Below are positions 14,301 to 28,393 of a stretch of 64,000 nt of DNA, piece after piece. The notes beneath the pieces are model-generated. The model did no database searches, was not told where the DNA came from, and worked only from the letters and a program-made list of their open reading frames with translations. How positions within the stretch are numbered: the first letter of the stretch is position 1; each line of letters opens with the position of its first letter. The position numbers were made by a program, and so were the translations under genes. The stretch covers positions 25,888,150 through 25,952,149 of the forward strand of contig NC_134026.1 in the NCBI RefSeq assembly GCF_964204645.1, given 5' to 3'. This stretch comes from Tubulanus polymorphus. Lineage: Eukaryota > Animalia > Nemertea.

Positions 14301-15932
14301 TACCGGAAATCTTTTTCTATTCAAATGTGCGTAAAATGATTGTCGAGAAACCTAAATACATTGAAACATTGATTATTGGTGTTTTTTTTCTTTTAATTCT
14401 AGTGTAAATACATGAAAATGTTTGTAAAAAAAACTTAAAGAAATGTTATGGAATAGAGAATTATGTCGCGTTGCAATTAGACGATACTGTTACTTAGGCG
14501 AGGCATATCATCGTTAAATGAGCGAGGAAGGACAGAGAAACCAGTTCATGTCAACATACCATGTTTGTAACTAGATTTACAATATAGTAGCAATTACCCG
14601 GCACTCAAGGCGTTAGTCAGGTTTTGACATGTTATAATGAGTTTCTACTAGATTTCACCATTGCGATCAGATTTCGCCTCGGGTTCTGAGGCGAGACCGT
14701 TTTAACATCGCAAGAGTGCTTCCCTTTGTATAGCACGCACTTCAAGACCCGTTTTCCGGTGGTGATTACGTTTCTGAAATTTGCATCTATGTTGCATATG
14801 CGGCGATGTAAATCGTCGGTCCTGGGAATTTCTTTGCATATCGCACTCGCGCCATCGACTAAGATCACTGGGGGAAATTCCATTGAGTAATTGATTTTAT
14901 TAATAGGATCTGTAAATTATCCAAAAGACCTTCAGCTTTCGATTATGTAATCGACGAAAAATGTATCGTATATTTAATAGGTTGTTATGTTTCAGTCACA
15001 TTTGCGAAATGGAACGCAACACAATTAATTAGAACTTATATTGAAACGCAGTGACCCGAGTGTCGAAACGTTGCATATACCTAGATAAATAGGACTGAGA
15101 GAACTGAAAACCCACAGTTTCCTAATTGATAAATTGAGTCTAGACAAACGGCGCGAAAGAAACTGTTCAGAAAACAACAAAATGGCAAACAAGTCCTGAG
15201 GGTACATCATTTTGACCTTACGTTGTTCGTTTTATTTATAGCTCGATATCAAGTTATTGCCCTGGATTAGGTTTACGACGTTACCATACGATAACTTACG
15301 ATTAAAATACGAAATACTGAATTATATCTTTAATAGTTCTATTTCTTAACAAGCTATCTAAACATCTCTTCTCGGTGTCGATACTTGAATTTATTAGTCA
15401 TTAATCATTGTATCAATATTCAATACTGTAAGAATTTGATACTCGGGCCAAATAGGCCACTAAACGTGCAAATTAAATTGTTTCTTATTTTACACCGTCT
15501 ACAAATGTGTTTGAAAAGTAATTAGTATAAAAACTAACCTGAAACAGCTTTAGTCACGTCCACGACGTTTATTGGACTTGTACTGGACCGAGAGGACATC
15601 GTATCTGCGTCAGTGTCCCGTTCTGCACTGCTGCCTGTCGTCGAGTCGCATCGCTGTGGTCCACCTGCACACCCGAGTACAGAAAACCTCTCCAGTCCTG
15701 ACGATGAAATTACACTGTCTCGTGAAGACACCGGTGAATGTTTTCGATGGTCCCGAATGGGGCTGCGACATCGTTCTTTGGTAGTTTGGAGTCCGAGGAT
15801 ATCGGCTATCGTGTGCGGCGTAGGCTTCTTCGGTGATTTGTCGTAAATGTGAGGATGCCACGTTCGAGGTAACGTGTACATCTTTTGGCCGTTTAGGTGT
15901 ATAAACGGAAAGCTAGTTGCCGAATGCTGCAT
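5302..15932 (-). CDS. NK7: NK7 (NK7.1-like) homeobox transcription factor, 3 coding exons: 15932-15539, 7058-6853, 5802-5302
   Basis: Homeodomain [44 protein letters not shown]|[14 protein letters not shown] followed by [13 protein letters not shown], the NK7 signature. Exon 1 has WHPHIY and an eh1-like HTIADILG. Introns are GT-AG in compatible phases (1 and 0), and the second falls at the common Q|VKIW homeobox position. Confidence 0.92.
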
Positions 15933-15984
15933 GTTATCCTTCGTGACTAATCCTGACTACGAGTTACGACTGTAATCTTCTCTC

Positions 15985-16050
15985 ATCGATGAATCCGCTT
16001 TGCGACACACGACACTATTATACGTCACTAAGCGCGTGCGATTGGTTGGA
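15985..16050 (-). promoter_or_regulatory. Putative NK7 core promoter (CCAAT, TGACGT, TATA-like, Inr-like)
   Basis: On the minus strand: CCAAT 16045-16041, TGACGT directly followed by TATAATA (16022-16016), and TTCAT about 32 nt downstream (~15990), roughly 60 nt before the ATG. Confidence 0.5.
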
Positions 16051-19000
16051 TAGATAACACCAATTAGGTACTTCACTTATGTGTGGCGCGTCTGCCTTTC
16101 TCCGTCGGCGCTGCAAATAACACGCGTTTTATTAAAACCGCCGTCAACGTCGAAACCGAACGATCGCTCTGCAATAGTTTACTGTAGTCGTTAACGATCA
16201 CCCGAACGTTGTCAGTTAGTTGAGAACCCAAATAGCTTCTAGCGATCTGCCAAATAGAAAATTAATGGGAACTGTGACACTGATAAGCTGCGTTCTATAA
16301 AAGCGTCTACGCGAGTAGCTTTGTAAAGTAGCGGCTATAAGATTGATCGAGATGGGCGCGAGCAAGTAGACTCCGTGCCTATTCCACAGCCTCCATTCGT
16401 CTCCCGTTCACGTCTGTATAATAAAAGAGGGGATTTAAGTGTTTTCAATCCATAATACAGTAATTATGGCGCTAGGATTTGCTGATCAATTAGACTTCCA
16501 TATAGCATGAATTATTAACTACAGGGAAAAGGCAATTGAGACTGCACAGCGATGGCCCATTAAATCCAGCTCTATGAGCTGTCACGATATATTGGATCGT
16601 GCGGCGAGAGAATAGCTATCAAAGATGCCGAGTGTAACACACAACCATTTAATTGGGGTTGATGAATATATGACAAGCCGCGTATAGTCGCCGCTCGATT
16701 CAATGCAAAAAAATGAATCAAAAGAAGAAGAAAGGGCCGCGCTTTAATTATCCACACTTAATATAAACTAATATAAACTAATAAAAACATGCTCAACCGT
16801 CATACTGGCCTCGAGCTGCACTTCCAAAAATTATAACATGCAACATTATATTGATTTTACGCATGTGGCAAATTTTGATGAACATCAGCAGTAACTGTAT
16901 ACATTTTTATACAATAATATTCGAAGTTCATTTTCACGATATTCAATTCTATTTACCTTTTGTTTGGACAGGTAAGAAGATATGAACGCCACTTCCGCCG
17001 TGTTTTATACCCACAGGGATCGTATTTATACGACTTCACAGACTCACTTCAAACAGCTTAACACTGGCACCAAAAACGTTTGCATTTTTTGTTTTGTACT
17101 GAATGATCTATATCTTTTATCGTAGCGAACTTTCACTTGAATTTAAGTATGCTATTTTACAAGGATAGAAAACAATTAATTGCGATAGTCGATATTTGAA
17201 CAGAACTTGCACTGCCTGTCTGGTGATCCAATAACCAACAAATAACAACGTGTTGAAAAGAACTTCTCTGTGGCTATCACTATCAACTATTAACTTTCTG
17301 GCTGCTCTTCTTTCTCACAAAATGGCAATAAGTGTGCAATATTGCGCGTCCTCAGTGCATCTTTTCACATCTAAATAGCCCTTAATGGCCCGATAAAACT
17401 CCAATTTATTGCATGTTATCGCAAACACGTCTGACAGTTAACCAATATAGTACGTCGTGTATAGATTAGTTAAAGAGGTATAAATCTGCAGCTCGATCAT
17501 CGGGACATTTTTATCAATCATTGAAGGCGACGGTCGATGTGGAGAATTTCAGCAATAGATTTATCATTTTTGAGTAGACATTTTGCTAACTCTGAAAATA
17601 CTCAGATCGCCGTAAAATGATGAATCGACAAAGAAAAAGTCTGCCGAGAAAATTGAAAAAAAACGCGATATAGGTCTCGTTCGAATCTTAGTCATAGCTT
17701 TACTGCCCTTGGCCATATATCAGTATTCTTTTGCATCGTGGCAAAATTGCATCGATACCTCGGGGACGAGATGAAATATAACTCTCACGATGCAAATCGA
17801 ATGTGTTTATAGAAATCCCATTGCTTACCATTGAGTAGTTCGCCAATCGTTCGTCTTTGTTCAAGTCACGAATTGCGAGGCAATATGTCACCGAGCGTAA
17901 AAAAACGAAACATCAAAGCAACTCATCGCGCAATCTCAACCAATTTAGTTAACGCGGCAAAATAACCACCTTCGGCAACCATTTACATTCGAAAGGTTTG
18001 ACTTAACAAGCTTCGCAGGCAACCGGCTCTTATTGGCAAACACATTAGCCCGCATTTATTGGCAGAATCCCGGGAAACCTCACCGAGTCTAAATTGCTAA
18101 CGGCGGCGCTTTAAAAGTAATCAAGCGGCCGGTGTTTAGGATTAATTTATTTTCTATCTTCGTCCCGACGGTAAGGTAGAGTAAATATGCAGCCCATGTG
18201 AGTTGCTGCAATAACTGGCGCTGATCTAATATAACGTCAATATGCCACTTTAGAGTTCGGCTAACGTCCCCAAGCGCACATGCTATGCATTAAAACAACG
18301 GACATAAACCTGTCAACAGCATCGCTTCCGCTAGTCTCTCCGTACCGCCATCATTGTAGACTTATTGCGCGCAAATCGACAAATTCGGTATAAGAGATTA
18401 TATTGTAATTTTATCGTTATGAAACGTCTGTTTTCGTGTAGTGTAGATATGAATATTTCAATAGCCATTAAAGCTTTGAACAAAATCATTAATAGCCATA
18501 CGCGTTGTCTAAAAACAACGTGTGATATGTATGATTGAGGAATTATGAATAGAAGTGATGATTTTCCAAACACCAAAAATGTTATCTTACATTTCATGGC
18601 CTGTCTATGTATAACGGAAGTGGTAGTGGCAACCATGTTTTATTCCCAATTTTTCATCGTAACAACTTCCTCACAGGAATAGCGAGAACTCATAACGACA
18701 TTCTTCGTGCGCTATGGCTTCGTTTACGCAACCATTCCCCAGCGTCAGTCATCTCATGGTTTATACAAACTCGATATTACCAGGGTAATAATGAAAATAT
18801 TTGACGGCAATTCGCCAAGGCGATATCATTATCCATAGCTAAAACGTCTAATAGACACTAGCTGTTCGCTGCTGTCGGCTATTAGTTCACCCCGACTACC
18901 AAAGTAGCGGAGAAGTAATCAACAGAAATTAATGGAAATTGTCGACAGAAACGCATCATATACGCTAGGTCACACACGCTTTTACCGACTTAACGAGAGA

Positions 19001-22000
19001 AATTGGAAAACAAGTTGAAATAGCGGCAACCCACCGCAAATCGATCCCATTCCGGCAATATGTCAAAAGATATTATTGCCTGCGAAATGTGTGAGCAAAC
19101 ACTCGGCGAAACCCGAAAGGTGGCAATTTAATATCGCCGCCGACGAAAGGTTATTTCGCAATAAAGTGACGTTTTACATCAATATCGAAGAGCGATCAAA
19201 ATGAAATCTCCAACGGAGTTCACGCCGGTAATATAAGTTAATATATCGATCTGTGGAAAAATGCGAGAGAAATAAAGCGATGCTATTTGTCAAGCATCAC
19301 GCAATGATATGATCTGAATATTGACGGATTCGTTAAAGTAAAGATTCAATCCGGCAGATTCGCATTTGATTGCACTGCAAACAAATCGATTTTCGATTGA
19401 TTGAAATCCAGTTGGTTGAATTTGAATTTTCTGTATTTAAAAAAAAAACATCGAATTCAGTTAGGTGCCCTAAAACTATTGTCAAACCTCGGATCATATG
19501 TCACTCGAAGATGAAAGGAACGATTTACCCCCGGCGTTGTCAATTAGAAGAGAATGAAAAAAATTGTGGCAATATCCATCAGCGACATGTGGAAACCAAA
19601 TAAAGCGACTCTTGTTTATCGAGTGAAGCTGATCGCAGTAGTTTTCACCAACTTTGCTGCCATGGGATCAGATTTTCATGCAAGAGAAAATATGGAAAAA
19701 AAAACTTGGCGAGCATATCGGTTACTTCGACAACGGCGCGTAAATAATATTCTGTCTTATGGAAACTGTTTTTATGAAGAGCGGTATTATGTGAACAGCT
19801 CATTTACAGGGCTTTCAAGTCAGTCCGTACACGGTTGAAAGAACCGATTCTTCCAGTGTTGTTAACAGATTTACACCATTACCCCGAGTCAAGTGAGATT
19901 AGCTAGCTGCAATGTGCTCCCGCATAAAGAAGCCGGTCGCTGATCGAATCTCGGCTTCTATCATTGCTTGCCTTGTCAATTTCCCTCGCGGATAATTTCG
20001 CTGCAAGTCAAGTATCTTGTCTGCGACACTGAGCTGACTCAATTGGATCAATACGGTGGAAACGATTTGACACTTATATTCCTCTCAGAGCTGAATTGCC
20101 CCGAGATGGCGGTTGTCAGCATCACAACAACCTACAATCTGCCATCTGTATTGATTACATTGCGACCATGATTTCTGCTGGCGGGGATTCAATCTCGTCG
20201 CGAATTATTCGAGCAGAAATCAACAAGGTACGGGGATCTCTGTCAGTTGTGGAAATTAAAAACGCCCGATTGGTTGTTCATACGCTACACGAAAGATTCT
20301 GGTCCGAATTGCCAATAAAACGTCGGTGTTAATTGCGCTTGCCGAGTCTACGCGGGTAATAGCCCGCGTATTTTCCAATGGAGCTGACATATTAAGTATC
20401 TCTTGCGTTGATACCCATCTCAGTGCGCAGTACCTGATCCGACTGACAATTACTGCTAATTATGATTTGGTGAGAATCGCGCGCTTAACACGATTCAATA
20501 GCTCGCACGGAGACCCATAACGGAAAGCGATAGTCGACCGAATTAAGACTACATTAACAGCGTCTTAATTATGCCGCTATTATATTAAATTGCGAAGCGA
20601 AGACCCGAGATTGCGGCGTGTTATGAATTTTGAAGAAGCCCGCATTGCAATTTTTATAATTAACGCCATGTACGAAGAATATCATCAATCGTAGAAATTA
20701 GCCGACAACGTCATATATTGTATATCAATGCAGCCGATAATTCCTAACTATCTGGACGATGTAGATTTACTTGCGTCTCAGTGTCTGTCTATTTCATGTC
20801 ACCAGATTTGCAACTAACGAAGCTTACCCGGCGCAAGTGAAGTCATTAATTCAGATCGGCTGGCGTGCTGAGGTTTCCTTAATAATTTCATTACATACGG
20901 TTGAGGATTACCACGATTATAAAAGCTCGAGATCTGATTTCCGACTTAGAAACGGTTGTGATTAATAACTACCGCTGTAACGACGGCCGACGGACTCGAG
21001 TCGACGCCGTCTTAATTCCCCAGTCACTTGAATATCTCCTTGTTGTTAAGCTCTTCATACGTACACCGCCATGAAATATAAATGTATCTATGATTTGAGA
21101 ACTGCAACCGTTACAAGATACTCGCATTAGAGCGGGACAGTACAGAGCGTTGGATCTCGAAACCGGCCTAAGCTAATAGTAAATCGAGCTATTTGTTGTA
21201 CAAAATTTATTAACTAGGAATGATATAAGATCATCCGGTAGATTAAATAAATGGCCACTTGGTGGTAAGTACATACGTAGAAATAGACCAACAATGGGGA
21301 TTATTTCTGTCGTTCTTGGATCGTTTCGGAAAAGGGTGCCTTCGATAATAGCAGCCGTAAACCGATACTTATACATATAAATATACAGACATAATCATAT
21401 ATAGCAGATTTTGAGTAATCATACATTGCATCCAACAACTTAACGCATACTCAGTCATTATCCCTAGGTAGCTGTTCATTGTTTTTCATATCTTGATGCG
21501 TTTTTACTAAGTGTCCTTGGGTTAATTCGACAATTTGAAAACCTGATGTTTTTTGCCGTTGGTGGTATCATCAAAAACAAGTATATAATTTAGTGATATA
21601 ATCTGAAACCTATATGAAATTCGTATATTGCAGTATTGGTTTTCAGCACTGGTAAATGTAATCATTATTCAGCGTATGTGGAATCGTTGAACATTAGATT
21701 TCGAGTAACGATCGATGATAATATAAATGAGCAATTTATTATTACGAACGTCGTGGGTCGGCGAACGGTCCAATTCACAATGTTCAATTCATTAAGATCC
21801 CGTGGCAGCTGAAGATTTCTTAAATCCTCACTATAAGGCCAGCCTTTTTCAAATTTATTGAAATGATATTAGAAAAACTATAAGCTTTTTCAAAAGATAA
21901 ATTACCTAAATGTCGTGCTTAAATGAGTTATTATCTAATAGAGACGGATAAAAAGTTGTTATTCTAGATGATTGTTTGCTGTCGTTGTTGCCATGAAACC

Positions 22001-25000
22001 ATAAGAGACCAGTGTTTTAGATTGTGTTTGAATATAGTTTTTCTGACAGCAATCTATCAAATTTGAAGAAAATCAACGTTGACAGAATTATTGAGTTTTA
22101 CGTAATAATCGTTTTTCGACGTCTTTGACTGGTTTGGTTTGTGATTGATGCCTTTCCTTGGCAGGCAATTAAAGGGCAATCAACGCCCTGGTATCATTCT
22201 GTCTTGCTGAAGATCGATGATCTTTAGATGAATCTTGAGATGGAGAAACGTTTTTCTGAAAATGTTTTCCAAAATCTACGATTGAAAAGAAGGGTTTTCA
22301 TAATCCTCTGGTCAATGTGTATATAACGGCTCAAATTGTGACAATTCTCTCTGATAACCTTGAAAAAACTATGAGACCTATGGTCGTCTTGTTTCAGATT
22401 CAGTGCTTATGAATAATGAAATCCAACCATGGCAGAGCCGAAAGTGCGTTAGGTACCAGAGCCATCTCTTAAATCAACGTTCTTTTTTATTCATACGAGC
22501 ACAATATAAGGTATCCAGTGACTTTATCGGTAGATGATACCACAAACCTCTGGTTAATATGCTGTCTTTATCTCAGGATATAACATTATATCTAGAATTA
22601 CGTTCTATTCGCGTTTCCCTACACGTTTACTGATCCCACCAATAAACAGGAGCGCTTCATAAAAAATGCATAGTATCTATTTGCACGGACTTAACGTTCA
22701 GAGAATTGTATTTAAGTATATCATTCGTCTGTTGTATCGTTTGTTATGACAGTGGTGTCACTTTTTTGAGATAAACTTTACATACATCTTCTATCTGTAT
22801 GTGAAAACCTTTGAATAGGAATAAGCTCGAATGATATTCAAAATAATCAAACTCCGCATAACATCACTCATGCAAAATATCAAGATGGCTTATACTAATT
22901 TTCATTTGATGCACCTAAATTACCGTGACTGATAGTGTTCACGTGACGTCGTTCATCGTCTGTTCCGCTCTGACACAACCGAGGAGGCGCAATAATCGAT
23001 GGCGTATTTAATTCGCGACTTGGTTAAAGCTTCACTAATGAATCGAGAGGAAATTATCACAAACGACGCACCATCTGCATCTTGTCATATATATCGTGCA
23101 CCCCGGTGTTATGGAAATTAGCTCTCTTGCTGAACAGCGTCGTTCTACTTCAAGTTGAGTGAATATTGTCGAATACCTATGTAATAACTTGCTACATTGG
23201 TTTAGATATAACCGGAAGGCTACGCAATATTCAATTAATCGTGGCGATTCAAGTCTATTATTCCAGTATATATATACGCAACATTGAAATTAAGTCTTTT
23301 GAAGTGCCCTTTCCCTTAATCCCTATAATAAGAATGATTTTCAGAAAATTGTAAGACATTATAAAAGGTGCAATTCACAATATTTCAGTAATTCACCGAA
23401 TGACAAGCTTTAATGTATTCAATGCATCTTCAGAATTTATGCTAAATTGTTTATTTTGTTTGTTTATTTGTATATATTGATTTATTATTTTAGGTTTGTA
23501 TCAAATATACATTGATACACGGCTTAGCGAGGTACCGGTTACAAATATTCTCATTGTGGCTCCAATAAGATTCGAATTGCTCTTTAAATTTAATGGCATT
23601 CTTATATTGAATGAGAATGACAATTTTATTCTCGACGGATGGTACTTAAATCAGTGATAATGGATCCATCACTGTGGAGCCCCGCGTTCCTACTGGCGCT
23701 GTCGTGACGGTCTTCATTATACGAACGAAGAGGGATCCCACTTAACGATGAATAATAACTGAGCAAATGTTCATGCGAAAAAACCGCCGTCGATTCGGCC
23801 ATTAATAATCCAGCAATTAAATGATGATTAAGGAACCAGCTGCCTCTTTTACCAAGGTGACGACAACGAGAGAATGCTTCAATTAGCTTCATCGCTCGTA
23901 CAACTGCATTCTCAATTAAACCACGCGATGATCTCGTTACTGCGGCAGACGAGTGGAAAACGTAGTCATATTTGTCGACCGGAAGACCCTTTACATGTTT
24001 ATCTTAAGCGCCACCATGCGACTAGTTGCTATAACTGTATGGTAATAATCACGTAGAAAACTAAATATAACTCATTTCTATCAATAATTTGATATATATA
24101 TATTTGTAACCAATGACTGGTAAGTCATTATGAAAGTTAAGATATAGACATGATAGAAATTGGTTAGTCACGAAGCCGCAATATGAAATATAACAAGCGG
24201 TTTGTCTTTCTAATATCATAGAACAATATAGAGTATATATATAGATTGAATGGGACGATAATGGATCTCGTCGATACATCAAGAAACGATTAAATAATTA
24301 GTTCATGTCTGGTTAAAACTCTCAAGTAAAAAATAGAACATTTTAAGAGTGCGTATGTTGGATTAATTATGTAGGAAATTAGGGCATGTATGTCGTGCTT
24401 AAGACTTGTGGCAAGAAGACGGATATATGAAGACAGTGTTTTGGTTAATGATCACTACGGACAATGTCTAAACCGATCTGTTAACGTCGTGTCGAAACAA
24501 ATTGAGGATATTGCATTAGTACTGGCCGTTTTACCTTGTCCGAACACTTATTTCCCCATCACCGATTTATCTATCGAACTCGTATCCTCGACACACGCAA
24601 TCGTGACAGAGTTAGGAATCGAGTCTACAGCGTTTTATTAAGTAAGGCAGGTGGGTAATTGATGGATTTCTTCCTTAAACTGTCATTCCGCGTGAGTTGC
24701 AGGTGGATGTATGACAGGCGTAAGGCTTCAAATGGATAATATCTGACCACCGCGCACGGAAGTCGTCTAATATCAAAATTACTCAATGCCACATATTTAT
24801 CAAGCTTCGTCAGATCATAGTCGAATAACATAAGTAAGCTGCACACGTCGTCCGGACACATCTCCAAATTAGGCCTCGGTCGTTTCGGATCTACGTGGGG
24901 GGATGCTTAAATCATAAAACATATAACCGAGCCTATCACACGCCCCGTCGTGACTGGGGGCATCAAAGAGCAAAATTAACCGTCAGAGTATCATCCGAAA

Positions 25001-26381
25001 CACGGAATGGTTGCGATCGCGTCATCAACACCGTCACTAATAACACGGTGTCCATCTATACGAGTCGATCTAATTGGCTTCAGTGAGCACGTTTGACTTG
25101 CAGCATTCCAATACCCAAGTCATTAACGCGTTCTCGGTGTGCCTTTAATCATTTGTGACTAACGTTTTGATCCAATTACGACGAGTAGCCGTAATATCGA
25201 TCTGAGGCTAGTGGGGACCTTTCAAGTTCTAATAGCACGATTTGAAAGGGAAAACTCGGTGCTAAAGACAGTTCAATTAAGCATGGAATTGCACGATTCA
25301 GCTGGTAATGAGGGCTCCCGGCAACAGCGCGTCAATCGTGGGCTCCCGTAAATCGGTCGCATAGCCTCTCTTCCGCACTGTAATTACCTTCATTGCAGGA
25401 GACTACAACACTGTGTCTTGGGGCTAACATAACCAGCCTACAAGCGTCAACTCATTATGTCTTGGGTGCGCTTGTTTTCTATAATATTGTGCATAGACTG
25501 AAGTTTTTCCGCGAACACGAATGGTCCATCTGTTTGTCTGTCTTATAACATGTGTTTAGTCATTTAATGTGTAAGCGATATTTAAAAAAGAAAACGAATT
25601 CAAACAACGTGTGGTAATCATCTAATTAATATCTTGTAAACCCTAAGCAAAAATAACAGCTATGTTGTATTTTTACAGCTTGTATATTAAGTTTTAGTAC
25701 TGGATATAAACCTATGGCGATCAATGATTAACTAATCAAACTTTATTTGAAATATTTGTCGTCTCCCCGGAGTGAAATTCAAATGATTGTCGTTCATGTC
25801 ACATTTTGAGCACTCGGTTTGTATTCCACCTGCGCGATGGCTTTTATTATTCAGCATGTAGCCCATTAACCGATGGCACCTTCCCTAGTCTCCGTTTAAC
25901 ACGGGATATAATCAATTCCACGTAATGAATATTGCATATTTTATCCCTTGTGTCGGGTTTATTGAAAGCAACGGCGCTTATATCATTTATTGTCTTCGCC
26001 AATACGTACCGTTAGAAAGCACCGGTTTGGTTTCACAACAAATCTGCGATAATCGAATTTTGTGATAGACCATGTACTGAGTATAGAGGAATCATCGATT
26101 ACTGGCAAATGTGGTCCATAAAAAACATCTCAAGTCGATATTGCATATTTGGCGGATCAGTATAACTTTAATGATTTTGTCCAACAGTCGTCTTGCTACG
26201 ATGTGTAAACTATTTATATTCATAACGCTGTATATTATCCACATAGTGACGAATATGATATAAAGAAAAAACAAAGCAATGTTTAGAAATTATGGAATTT
26301 TCTTAGGAAATTTGTAATATCTTTTAATCAGCATTATGAAAGTCAATCATTATGAAATCTACATTAATCGATTTTTCCAAT

Positions 26382-27785
26382 CTAGGTATCTGAATGTTTT
26401 CCGTCGCTGGGCTTAAGTCGACTTTCCAGATGGGCAATTCGCGCTTTCGTTTCTCGGAGCTTCTGAGTTAGGATCAACTTCTCAAACTGCAAGAAAACAT
26501 GTCAGGATGTAGATAAGCGCTGAGCTTTTAACTAAGTCGATTAAGGCGCAAATCTCAACAAAGACTACCTCCTCCGATTGCTGTAACGATTTAATTTCAG
26601 CATCCTTCTGGCTAATTTTCACGAGCAGATTAACGATTTCCTCTTCCATCATTTCCATCTGAAATTTCAACAATTCAAGGATAAAAGAAGCATGCGCATA
26701 TACACCCGTGGACTGGCTATAGGCCTACGTATATTCATATTCTTACTGTTGTCTCGTCAAATTCCTTAGTGAGCCTCATCCGCTTTGCGGGAGAGGTTGC
26801 AGGGATTTCCCCTTCAACAAACTGTAAGGAAAATACATTCCAGATAACTAACAGCTAACAGCATCTGACACAAATAACCCGTTCGGGTCTTTCACGATTC
26901 TGTTTATTCAGCTAAAAAGATTTTATCAAATCAATAGTTAAGGCTCGGCTAACCTTATCAAAGAACCTTTTCCTGTTACCAATACCAGCGCTTTCAACCC
27001 CGGGTTGGTAATTGCTGGTAATCTGGAAAGGGGATATCAGAATTCTTGGTCTTGACGAAGCAGCGATGACATCTGTATTTGAGGAGGATGGCGAGGATAC
27101 TGGCCTTTGGGAATTGATGGAAGTTTTCTTCAATGTTAGGCCTTGTGGTAGGTCTACTAGTCGCTTCTTATGTTGTGTCGTCTCATGCGTCGGTCCTTTT
27201 AGTTGTTTTGTTGATACAGGTGCCTTCGGTGGAGGCCAGTATTTGGTGAAACTAAATATCTTGCTCTCTTCGGAATATTTCAGTTCCACAAGAAAACGGT
27301 TTAACTAAAAAAAGAAGTTCTAATGATATCACATTGTGTATTTATCAACATTGAAAGCGACGAAGAATCTTTGTTAATGGGCGTTACCTTATAGACGTCT
27401 ATATTCTTTTGATTTAGGCGAACGCCAAATTTTAGGGAGTTAAAATCAAGGCACTGTGAATAAATGAATACGGTTAATGTTTATAACACTAAAGTTCGAG
27501 ATTTGCTCAACATTAACGTACCGTATGCCATCGTTGTGATACCGTATATATCACAGTTATCGAAATGGAATCTATACTTACTTTATTTTTGAAAATAAAA
27601 TGGGTCACGGAATGACGAGATTTCATATGATTTACCAAGAAATTATCTTCAGTCGAAGTTATACCGCATATCGTGCACTTGTCATCAAATGATCCGTGGA
27701 TTTTCAGGTGTTCTTTGTGGTTTTTGGATACCCGCTTCGATTTCACGACGGTCCGACAGAAAATGCAGTATCTAGTAGCAGGCAT
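26382..27785 (-). CDS. Gene A: two N-terminal C2H2-type zinc fingers plus C-terminal coiled coil; exons 27785-27582, 27453-27388, 27304-26954, 26821-26747, 26658-26569, 26486-26382
   Basis: GCC-ATG start; CIFC-x12-H...H and CTIC-x12-H-x4-H. Six exons join through phase-0 GT-AG introns into one open frame. Basic PAKRMR (NLS-like); ends FEKLILTQKLRETKARIAHLESRL...SDT*. Confidence 0.75.
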
Positions 27786-28031
27786 GGCTGCGTATATCGT
27801 ATGAGACTATAGTGTTGCGTCGAAATTGAATTTCAGTCTGGCGCATACAGTGCATCGGGGTGGAACTACGCGACCAGCAAATAATGACACTTATTATGAT
27901 GCGTATATTGTATAGTCTCTTTCAAACAGTAAAACCAGGTTAATTCTCATCAGATAAATCGTCACTTAAAACCATTGGTGAAACTATGTCCGTGTTGTGG
28001 CGATCTAGAATCGCCAGTAACTTACATAAAT

Positions 28032-28172
28032 AGAAAGATGAAATCCGAAGTTTCCATAAAGCTAATGTTTTAATACTGATACGACGTTTCGACTATAACA
28101 TAACAGTCATCCCTGAAGATAACTATTAGGATATATAGTGGAAATGCCGATTTTTTCGGACTTCATCTTTCT
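28032..28172. mobile_element. Small fold-back element containing two inverted, degenerate Penelope-type hammerhead ribozyme cores
   Basis: 18-bp inverted repeats with 1 mismatch (28032-28049 and 28155-28172). Plus strand: CTGAAGA-T-AACTAT-loop-ATAGTG-GAAA (28113-28144). Minus strand: GAT-GACTGT-TATGTT-ATAGTC-GAAACGTCG (28111-28082). Confidence 0.55.
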
Positions 28173-28393
28173 CGTTATTTAGTTAGTGGTGATTAGATCG
28201 TCATTATCTTTAGTATCATTGTACAGTTTACGTATTTTCCAATTCAATTTACTAAGTCGCCATATCATTGCCGTTAACGAATGATCAGGCTGTACTGACT
28301 AAACGGAGTTCGACTGTTTTTCCTTTATTCACAAATGCACCTCAAGTATAGTAAAGTTGCACATTGTACATGTTAAATTTCATAAATCAATAA

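Noticed and set aside
26382-26486. RIAHLESRL in gene A resembling the DR|IAHLE rod module
   Set aside because: It is a generic coiled-coil heptad with no PP-strand segment or matching intron position, so it is insufficient to link the zinc-finger genes to the filament family.
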